A stretch of 64,000 bases of DNA from Candidatus Hermodarchaeota archaeon. GTDB taxonomy: Archaea > Asgardarchaeota > Hermodarchaeia > Hermodarchaeales > Hermodarchaeaceae. The stretch covers positions 1 to 64,000 of the forward strand of contig JAEOTB010000091.1 of assembly GCA_016840065.1 (NCBI GenBank), in the 5' to 3' direction. Of this stretch, positions 56,891-64,000 are shown in pieces (within the stretch, counting starts at the first letter, position 1; each line of letters begins with the position of its first letter). Below the pieces are notes generated by a model, which had not been told where the DNA came from, made no database searches, and was given only the letters and a program-made list of their open reading frames with translations. The translations under genes were made by a program, and so were the position numbers.

Positions 56891-57217
56891 GTGATTACCT
56901 CGCACCGAGAAGAAATGAGTTACCTAAACTGATAGCAGTATGAGCATCGTAGAGAAACATGGGTAACCCTTCTACTTGTTAAGGTGTTTCCTCAAAGACT
57001 ATTAGGGAACTCAAATGTCATGGATAGAACATATCGGAGTTAAGAGGAAAATTTTGAGGATTCAGAGAAACAACACTGAACCCCTGTACCTAGTTGAAGA
57101 GGAAAAGGTCAATTATATTTAAGTCTTTTCAGCTGTTATTCAACTCAAGAAAGCAGATACCAAGAGAAATAGGATTATTCAACCAATCTTCCTGAAATCG
57201 TCTTTTTAGAAAGAAGA

Positions 57218-57682
57218 GTGATAACGAAGGTGAAAGTGTTGGCAATAATTACACTAACAGGAAAGCATGTAGCCCGGGTTGGAAATAGTTTTGTATTTTC
57301 AGGACAAACAGGAGAGTGCGAGGGATGTGTACTTAGAAAGGTTTGTTGCGGTAAATTAGAAACTGATCGTGTGTATATCATCATAAATGTACGAGATAAG
57401 ATTCATGATTGCCCACTTCACGAGGAGGGAGTGCAGTTGGTGGAGGTAGAAGAAGCTTCAGTGAAAGTAGCATTATTATCTCAGCAACTCTTTGAAGGGG
57501 CGATTTTCACTTTTCAACCTATTGCGTGTGACCAATGGAGCTGTGCAAATATCGATTCATGTAATCCAGTTGGGCTAATTGAGGGTGATCGGGTTCAAAT
57601 TGTGGATGTTATCCAGAAGTCAGGATTGGAATGTTCTCTCAATAAGAAACTGGGACACGCGCTTGTCCGTAGAGTGCTATAG
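57218..57682 (+). CDS. UPF0179-family archaeal Cys-rich protein (start likely 57236/57239)
   Basis: ITLTG..A..G..F..G...ECEGC.L..VC, HDCPLHEEGV..VEV, further Cys cluster. Confidence 0.85.
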   Translation: MITKVKVLAIITLTGKHVARVGNSFVFSGQTGECEGCVLRKVCCGKLETDRVYIIINVRDKIHDCPLHEEGVQLVEVEEASVKVALLSQQLFEGAIFTFQPIACDQWSCANIDSCNPVGLIEGDRVQIVDVIQKSGLECSLNKKLGHALVRRVL

Positions 57683-57691
57683 GATAGCAAT

Positions 57692-58492
57692 TCAAGTCTC
57701 AGACTTTGGTAGACCTACAGGCCATTCTTCTATGAAAAGGACTTTCGAATACTTGTCTTTCATATAGGTATCAATATCGTGTGTGACTCCTAGTTTCTGA
57801 ATCTGTAATGACTTGTTTAGCAATAAATGAAGATCTGCTGAAATTGTTATTGTCACATTAGAAGCACGTGTTGCCACAGTGATACTCTTTGGGTCAACTC
57901 CGAAGAAGCGGCGATGGACTAGGGCTTGAACTTTTTCTACTGTTTTTGTATACCTCTGGACGAGTGTGACTTCGTATCTTACAGTACGTCCAGCCAATAC
58001 GTGATTGAAATCTACAGTCACTCGCCCCCCTCCAACACGCCGGATAATCCCAGACTGAGAGCCAAGTCGGACTCGCATACCGGGTGCAATTTTGTGCTCG
58101 CTTTTTATTTTGGCTTTGGGAAGGATTTGGACTCGCTTTGGGTCTCGCAGACCAAAGGCTTTCTCAGGTGGCAGGACTACCGGTTTAGTTTCACCGACTT
58201 TCATTCCTATCAGAGCTTCATCGAGACCAGAAGGAACCCAAGCTTGTCCTACTATTATTAAGCGCGGCTGATACATTTCTTCGTCGCTGAATACATCCTC
58301 TTGGCGCGCTATTTCCTCCTTTGTAGTATCGAAAAGCTGGTTGTCTTCCTGAGTATAACCAACTATATCAATAAGGACGAAGTCGCCTGCCACAACAGCA
58401 GCCGAAGCTGCAGCACTTTTACTCTTATGTTTACTTCGAGGTTTTGAGGATTTACTTCTAGACGAAGGCTTTTGTTCTGGCATTGTAGTCAT
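57692..58492 (-). CDS. slyD: Long-type archaeal FKBP peptidyl-prolyl isomerase (SlyD-like)
   Basis: GDFVLID, FDTT, GLDEAL, PEKAFGLRD, VTVDFNHVLAG; basic N-terminal extension. Confidence 0.88.
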   Translation of the reverse strand: MTTMPEQKPSSRSKSSKPRSKHKSKSAAASAAVVAGDFVLIDIVGYTQEDNQLFDTTKEEIARQEDVFSDEEMYQPRLIIVGQAWVPSGLDEALIGMKVGETKPVVLPPEKAFGLRDPKRVQILPKAKIKSEHKIAPGMRVRLGSQSGIIRRVGGGRVTVDFNHVLAGRTVRYEVTLVQRYTKTVEKVQALVHRRFFGVDPKSITVATRASNVTITISADLHLLLNKSLQIQKLGVTHDIDTYMKDKYSKVLFIEEWPVGLPKSET

Positions 58493-58578
58493 CTCAAGGA
58501 TTCTATCTCGTAAACGCCTTCCGAAGCCTTATAAAATTGTCCACGTTTAATACCGAACCGAACTTCGGTGATAGCTAA

Positions 58579-59754
58579 TTGAGAATATTATTTGTGGTAG
58601 AGTCACATTCACAAAGGGCTGGAGGAGGACCTATTTACTGGGCGGAGCTTAGTAAAAGGTTGATTCAACGAGGACACAAAGTTCTAATCCTTAGCGGTAT
58701 TGAGCCAGGGGCTTCGTTTGCTTCACCGAATACAGTCGGATGCCTTTCGGTGCGACCTGACCTTAGACGACGAACACCTCGTACTTTGTTAAGTCGCTTC
58801 CTTTTTTCTCTGCGCTATATTCCTGCAGTTCGAGCTTTTGCTCACAATTGGAAGCCTGATATTATCCATACGGTTCCTCCAATCGCCTCAGAAGCCGCCT
58901 TTCGAGCAGGAGAATCAGTAGGGGCTCCGGTTGTGGCTTCAGTCCTGTCCCATGTTGAAGCTCAATGGAAAACCTTGGAGGCGCACCCCATTCGTTCTTC
59001 GCTATTTCATTGGCTTGAGCGGCGCTCCCTCCGACACTCGTTCGCCAAAATAATTTGCATCACTCAGCATTCCCGTAGAGTATTATTGTCAGATGGTATA
59101 GCGCCAGAACGTGTAGTGTATGTTCCTCACGCTGTAGATACGGACAAGTTCAATCCTAATGTTCAGCCCGAATTCCGTGAACAGCTAAGACTTGGCTCCA
59201 AAGAGTTTGTACTTGGATACGCAGGCACGCTAACGAAAGACAAAGGGATCGAACAATTAATCCATAGTCTTTCTCTACTCAAACATCACAGGAATCTCCA
59301 TCTTGTCCTAGCGGGAGTGGGTGAAGACCGGCTATTCTTTGAGAAGTTGACGATTAGTCTTGGATTGACGAATGTTAAGTTTCTTGGACGAATCAGTCAC
59401 AATGTTATGCCAGCTTTTATGAAATCGCTTGATTTGTTTGTTGTTCCTTCCTTTACTGAAACGTTACCAACAACCGTTTTAGAGGCCTTATCAACAGGAA
59501 CACCCGTTATGGCCTCGGCTGTTGGCGGTGTTGCAGACTTTCTTCAGAATAAACTAGGAATCCTCATACACAACCCCAACGAAAAAGTGATAGCGGTAAC
59601 TATTGAGAAATGGATAGAGCGACGTTCTGAACTTAGAGAGATGGGAAATCTGGGGCGGAGTTACGTGTTAGAAAACCACTCTTGGCAGAAAACTAGTATT
59701 CAAACTGAAGAAGTATATAGACAGTGCCTTGAAGAAACTAGGAGCGCTTTGTAG
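58579..59754 (+). CDS. Glycosyltransferase family 4
   Basis: GGG, VPHAVD, DKGIE, PSFTETLPTTVLEAL. Confidence 0.92.
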   Translation: MRILFVVESHSQRAGGGPIYWAELSKRLIQRGHKVLILSGIEPGASFASPNTVGCLSVRPDLRRRTPRTLLSRFLFSLRYIPAVRAFAHNWKPDIIHTVPPIASEAAFRAGESVGAPVVASVLSHVEAQWKTLEAHPIRSSLFHWLERRSLRHSFAKIICITQHSRRVLLSDGIAPERVVYVPHAVDTDKFNPNVQPEFREQLRLGSKEFVLGYAGTLTKDKGIEQLIHSLSLLKHHRNLHLVLAGVGEDRLFFEKLTISLGLTNVKFLGRISHNVMPAFMKSLDLFVVPSFTETLPTTVLEALSTGTPVMASAVGGVADFLQNKLGILIHNPNEKVIAVTIEKWIERRSELREMGNLGRSYVLENHSWQKTSIQTEEVYRQCLEETRSAL

Positions 59755-59769
59755 CCAGTAGAAACAAAT

Positions 59770-60951
59770 TTACTCAAGCATTCCGAAATAGAGTTTTTCT
59801 AGCTGTCGGGTTGTTGGTTCTCGAGTGAATTTTCTTACTACACGTTCTCTTCCTGCCTTGCCTATTTTTGAACATAACGCGTGATTATCAAGTAGCTTTG
59901 AGATCTTCTCAGCTAATGCGACTGGATTGTTGGGCGGTACTAGATATCCAGTTTTACCATGATCAACAACGTAAGGAACGCCTCCAACATTAGTAGAGAT
60001 AACAGGTTTTCCGCGAGCCATCGCCTCTAACAGAACTATGCCAAAAGCTTCAGATCTTGAGCGAGAAGGAAGTACGAACAGATCGCAGGCTGAATACATA
60101 TCACGTAAAACTTCACGAGAAACCCTACCAAGAAAACGAGTTGAATCCGCAACACCTAATTGTTTACTCATTCTTAGAAGATGGGGATGTTCCGGCCCAG
60201 ACCCTATCAAAACCAGCAGTGCTGACTGGTGTCGCTTCCTCACTCGACGAAACGCGTGTAGAAGCGTATGAAGACCTTTGTAAGGAACGAGTCTTCCAAC
60301 AAACAGAATTAGCTGAGAATCAGATGAAAAACCAAATTTCTTTCTCAAAGCAGAGGTATCACCTAGAGGTTCTAAGAAGAAAGGATCAACAACGGCAGGA
60401 ATTACTGAGGTTTTTTCCTTGTATCTCTGGAGAAAGTTTGAGGTTTCAAGATATAGAGGAGAGGTCACAATAAGGCGGCTGGCAACACCTGCTGCTAAGT
60501 GACGAGATAGCCAATAGATTTGTCCTAGCCACTTATGGAAGGAGGCGGGATTCGGCATAAGGTCGCTAAGAAGAGCGTCCGCATGATAGGTTATAGCTAA
60601 AGGAACATTGAGAAGGCGGCTGACCATAGCAGTAAGATCCACAGTCATTGGAGAATTGATGTGTGCATGAATGATGTCGCTATCATCACGTAGTAGAGCG
60701 GTGAATAGTCCAGGCATAAAAGGATAGGAGAACGGACGGGCTACAGCGCGGTACCTGTGAACTTGGATTCCCTGCCAGATTTCTTGGTGAGGAGCTCCTA
60801 GAGTACGTGAGGTGTAGACTTTGACATGATGACCAGCGTCCACCAGGCCTTTAGCTAGGTTGTATGCATATGTTTCAATACCACCGACTACTGGCGGAAA
60901 ATTATGAACAACCTGTGTGATGTAGAGCTTTCTCTTCATCGGGTGGTACAC
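59770..60951 (-). CDS. Glycosyltransferase family 4
   Basis: GGIE, VGRLVPYKG, SRSEAFGIVLLEAMARGKP. Confidence 0.93.
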   Translation of the reverse strand: MYHPMKRKLYITQVVHNFPPVVGGIETYAYNLAKGLVDAGHHVKVYTSRTLGAPHQEIWQGIQVHRYRAVARPFSYPFMPGLFTALLRDDSDIIHAHINSPMTVDLTAMVSRLLNVPLAITYHADALLSDLMPNPASFHKWLGQIYWLSRHLAAGVASRLIVTSPLYLETSNFLQRYKEKTSVIPAVVDPFFLEPLGDTSALRKKFGFSSDSQLILFVGRLVPYKGLHTLLHAFRRVRKRHQSALLVLIGSGPEHPHLLRMSKQLGVADSTRFLGRVSREVLRDMYSACDLFVLPSRSRSEAFGIVLLEAMARGKPVISTNVGGVPYVVDHGKTGYLVPPNNPVALAEKISKLLDNHALCSKIGKAGRERVVRKFTREPTTRQLEKLYFGMLE

Positions 60952-60981
60952 ATCATATCTTTTATTGGAAAATTATTGAGC

Positions 60982-61476
60982 CTAACTCGCTGTCACATTT
61001 AAGGGTAGGTGAACCCAGATACCCGTGTAACCTACAATAGCCGTTGTATAATCGTAGCGCCATAACTCGAATGTTAAGCGAAAGTTGATACCTAGCGTAG
61101 TCATGTTCAGTTCTGTAGAAAATAACCAACTGTCTCCGTGAAGGAGTATTCGTTCATATTCTTGAATCGTGGGCGCTGAGGATGGATTGGTGCTATTTGC
61201 CATCGTTGTGGGAGAAGCTAGTTTCACATATACATAGAAGTATTGGACAACTCCCATCTGGTTCTCAACTTCTATATAGAGAGAGACATTGCTGTTCTGT
61301 GTGATACTAGTTGGATAGCTTGTTTGTTGGTTTTCATCTAAGACGCTCAGTGTGGGCGTTAATTCTTGTGGAGGAAGTAGCCATAATGAAACGAGTAGAG
61401 TGCTTGTCGATATGACTATGGCAATCATCAGTATTGTTAGAACAGTTTGTCCATGTTTGTTCATTTGCCGCTTCAC
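60982..61476 (-). CDS. DUF1616 C-terminal-like protein (1 TM + extracellular beta domain)
   Basis: T.LSVL, YPT, LYIEVEN, YVYVKL, LTFELW, WVHLPLNVT; several sequons. Confidence 0.6.
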   Translation of the reverse strand: MKRQMNKHGQTVLTILMIAIVISTSTLLVSLWLLPPQELTPTLSVLDENQQTSYPTSITQNSNVSLYIEVENQMGVVQYFYVYVKLASPTTMANSTNPSSAPTIQEYERILLHGDSWLFSTELNMTTLGINFRLTFELWRYDYTTAIVGYTGIWVHLPLNVTAS

Positions 61477-61982
61477 TCCTCTTTTGGAAGGCGAATTTTC
61501 ATTCTTAGGATTTCTCTTGTTTGCTGCCGTCTATGTTTTTTCCACCGCGTTATAAGCATATATGTAATGATTACTGCTGTTACGACTACAACACAAACAA
61601 GGAGTATCTGTGTGGCAGAGTTTGTAAGCGCAATTGCTAAACGTCTTTGCGCTTCATCAATAACACCTTCAGCAGTGTTCTGTGCACTTTCTGCAAGTTG
61701 GATAGCTGTAGTGAATTCTGATGCGTTAAAGGCAGCACGGGCCAAGTTAAGATTATTAATTGCCGTGTTTAGAGCCGATGCTAGATCTGTGATGTCGGCG
61801 CCCGCTAAATCTGTTTGTGTGATTTGGTTAAAAGCTTCATAGATTGTTGTTTGCGCTGTGTCAATAGCTTGTTGTGCCTCGTTCTGAAAATCGGATTGTT
61901 TTAACGCTAAGGCTAGCCCATTTGAAAGGCCAATAATGCTCAAGCACAAGATAAGCACTAGGTAGGTTTTGCAGCGAGGCAT
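61473..61982 (-). CDS. Hypothetical membrane protein: signal/TM + Ala-rich helical bundle + TM + basic tail
   Basis: Hydrophobic N-terminus, heptad-like AQQAIDTAQ..GADITDL..LNTA, C-terminal TM; stop overlaps the next start. Confidence 0.7.
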   Translation of the reverse strand: MPRCKTYLVLILCLSIIGLSNGLALALKQSDFQNEAQQAIDTAQTTIYEAFNQITQTDLAGADITDLASALNTAINNLNLARAAFNASEFTTAIQLAESAQNTAEGVIDEAQRRLAIALTNSATQILLVCVVVVTAVIITYMLITRWKKHRRQQTREILRMKIRLPKEE

Positions 61983-62068
61983 CGGCTTTCACTTCAATTA
62001 AGATTACCCTATTAGGAGAGTAAACGTAAAAAGAGTATTGCACCAAGGGAGCAGGCAGGCTGCTTGCG

Positions 62069-62704
62069 ATGTCTCCTATAAAAGAAGATAGTCATGTACC
62101 TGAGACAGTAAGACAATTGATTCTAGACGCATTACGTTCTCGTCGTTTCAACTCTGTCCGAGAAATTGTTCGCACACTTGAAGTATCTGGAGTAAAACAG
62201 ACTGTAACTCTTAGAGTTATTAAAGACCTTGCCAGAGAGGGAGAAGTCGTTCTCAATCCCCCTAGTGCTCCTGATGATGCGGTTATGGCACCAGTTACAA
62301 GCTTGAAGCACTATTTAGGGAGCACACTATCTATAGATTTATGGCTAACATTGCTACTACTAGCCCTAGGTATAACGACTCCATTCCTGATTCCCAACCT
62401 ATTTCCTTTAGTAACTGTACGCTGGGTTTTCGCAGGCATATTCCTTGTGTTTATACCAGGGTTTGCTTTTGTACGTAGCCTCTACCCATTCGACCGTTTC
62501 ATAGACTACTGGGAACGGCTGGCCCTCTCTATTGGTCTTAGCATCGCCCTTGACGTTCTTGTTGCTTTTGCACTAAACTTCAGTCCTTGGGGAATAACGC
62601 CTTTACCAACATCTGTTGGCCTGTCCTTTGTCACAATAACAGCAATTATGATCGCCACTTACCGCCGTGTAAGAGTTCTAGTGAAACCTAAAGGAAGTGA
62701 ATAG
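62069..62704 (+). CDS. DUF1616 N-terminal-like membrane protein with N-terminal winged-helix-like domain
   Basis: FLVFIPGFAFVRSLYP...ERLALSIGLSIAL..LN.SPWGI. N-terminal ILDAL..SVREIV...VIKDLAREGEVVL. Confidence 0.7.
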   Translation: MSPIKEDSHVPETVRQLILDALRSRRFNSVREIVRTLEVSGVKQTVTLRVIKDLAREGEVVLNPPSAPDDAVMAPVTSLKHYLGSTLSIDLWLTLLLLALGITTPFLIPNLFPLVTVRWVFAGIFLVFIPGFAFVRSLYPFDRFIDYWERLALSIGLSIALDVLVAFALNFSPWGITPLPTSVGLSFVTITAIMIATYRRVRVLVKPKGSE

Positions 62705-62726
62705 AAGAACTCAGGAGCGAGTTATT

Positions 62727-63842
62727 CTATCTGAAATCAGTACCAGGATCAATCCGGGCGCCAGGAGGTACAATTGCGCCTGGATAGATAGTTGCACCAT
62801 CACCTACAAGTTGAAATTCTTCAAGACGGATTTTGTCTCCGATTTTTGCGCCTTGCCCAATTACTGTATTTCTCAATACAACGCTTTCACCGATTTCCAC
62901 GCAGTTAAAGATTACAGCATCACGAATTCTTGTACCCGCGCCAATAGTTACATTTCGACCTAGAGTGACATTTGGGCCAATCTCACAATCATTCCCTATT
63001 ATCGTGTCTTTCCCTTTCCAATAAGGCCTGAGATATCGAACATTTCTACTACTTGTGGGACCGATGTACATCCTACGCACTGGCCCATGATGAGTGGGCG
63101 GCGACTCCCGATGAGATTGATTCGTGCTAGCAGCAAGGACTTCTTTATTGGCTTCTAGATAGGAGGAGGGTGTTCCGGTATCAATCCAGAGCCCTTTGTG
63201 TTCCCAACCGTAGACGCGCCCTTTCTCGCATAGTAGTGGGAAGGTTTCTCGTTCGATAGACACCTTTCTTCCCAACGGTATATGATCAAGCACTGACTCG
63301 TCTAGCACGTAGCAGCCTGCATTGATTAAATTACTTGGTGCCGTATCAGCAGGAGGTTTCTCGATAAAAGCAAGAATCTGCCCCTCCGATGTTATATCAA
63401 CAACACCATATCTGGAAGGGTCATCAACGCGGTAGAGCGCAATAGAAGCTTGAGCTTGATGGTAGCGATGGTGAACTAGAATTTGTTGATAGTTCATATC
63501 GGATACAATATCACCGTTAAGTACGAAGAACTCGCCACTTCCACGAAGGTAATCCTCCGCTTGCCTAATTGGACCAGCTGTTCCTAGTGGTTCTTCTTCT
63601 AGTGAATAATGAATGTTAACCCCAAGCCTTTCGCCATCGCCTAAAACTTCTTTAAGTGTATCAGGACGATAGCCAACCGCTAACACAATCTCTCTGAACT
63701 CCTGTTCTGCCAATCGCCCAATCATGTATTCGATAAGGGTTGTATTCCCCAATGGGAGAAGCTGCTTTGGACGTGTATAGGTGAGTGGTCTGAGGCGAGT
63801 CCCGAATCCGCCTACGAGAATAACAGCAATCATATCTATCAA
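62727..63842 (-). CDS. NDP-sugar pyrophosphorylase (mannose-1-phosphate guanylyltransferase-like) with C-terminal hexapeptide domain
   Basis: LVGGFGTRLRPLT..PK, EPLGTAG, LNGD, FIEKP, INAG, WIDTGTP. Confidence 0.92.
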   Translation of the reverse strand: MIDMIAVILVGGFGTRLRPLTYTRPKQLLPLGNTTLIEYMIGRLAEQEFREIVLAVGYRPDTLKEVLGDGERLGVNIHYSLEEEPLGTAGPIRQAEDYLRGSGEFFVLNGDIVSDMNYQQILVHHRYHQAQASIALYRVDDPSRYGVVDITSEGQILAFIEKPPADTAPSNLINAGCYVLDESVLDHIPLGRKVSIERETFPLLCEKGRVYGWEHKGLWIDTGTPSSYLEANKEVLAASTNQSHRESPPTHHGPVRRMYIGPTSSRNVRYLRPYWKGKDTIIGNDCEIGPNVTLGRNVTIGAGTRIRDAVIFNCVEIGESVVLRNTVIGQGAKIGDKIRLEEFQLVGDGATIYPGAIVPPGARIDPGTDFR

Positions 63843-63864
63843 CTATTTTGTGTATTGCGAGCTG

Positions 63865-64000
63865 TTAGAGATAAGTGGTTTCGCCAGATTCCCAATAGTC
63901 TCTATCACTGAAACCGAGGCGTTCCTGTTCCCATCTTAATAGACTCTGTGTGTTAGCAATTTGTGTAACAAAATCTATAATCTTCGCACTCACGTTCTCA
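63865..64000 (-). CDS. Probable 3' end of a gene entering from the right edge
   Basis: Open frame ENVSAKIIDFVTQIANTQSLLRWEQERLGFSDRDYWESGETTYL*, ending just upstream of the nucleotidyltransferase. Too short to assign. Confidence 0.4.
   Translation of the reverse strand, partial: ENVSAKIIDFVTQIANTQSLLRWEQERLGFSDRDYWESGETTYL

Noticed and set aside
5339-63024. Numerous 60-140 aa antisense or nested ORFs in the track
   Set aside because: They overlap motif-supported genes and show no family signatures.

Overview
Archaeal genomic window. Evidence: archaeal-type uS3/uL22/uS19, aCPSF1, UPF0179, long-type FKBP and DUF1616-like proteins. The long acidic uS3 tail and the long Trm112 would fit a TACK/Asgard lineage, but the taxon cannot be fixed from the sequence alone. 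1-5.2 kb is a broken ribosomal-protein cluster: rps19 // LAGLIDADG-HTH gene, YdjM-like hydrolase, Trm112 // rpl22-rps3. It sits in a local, mirror-image strand-composition anomaly. 5.3-64 kb is a very large cell-surface glycosylation locus: 10 GT4, 2 GT2, 2 flippases, 4 NDP-sugar epimerases, 2 WecB, an NDP-sugar pyrophosphorylase, tailoring enzymes (FkbM, B12-radical SAM, hexapeptide acyltransferase, deacetylase, GNAT, SDR, amidohydrolase), a MacB/LolCDE-type ABC system and five GT-C-like membrane proteins. Three of these are ~1,090-aa paralogues fusing a DUF1616-like/GT-C membrane part to an extracellular LamG lectin-fold domain. A sulfate-activation operon (RHH regulator-sat-AlkP-superfamily enzyme-cysC, next to tauE) carries a tandem palindromic operator candidate and has no classical sulfotransferase. 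A small housekeeping islet (aCPSF1, UPF0179, FKBP) is embedded. No rRNA, tRNA, CRISPR array or transposase was recognised. All family assignments come from motifs read by eye, not from database searches.
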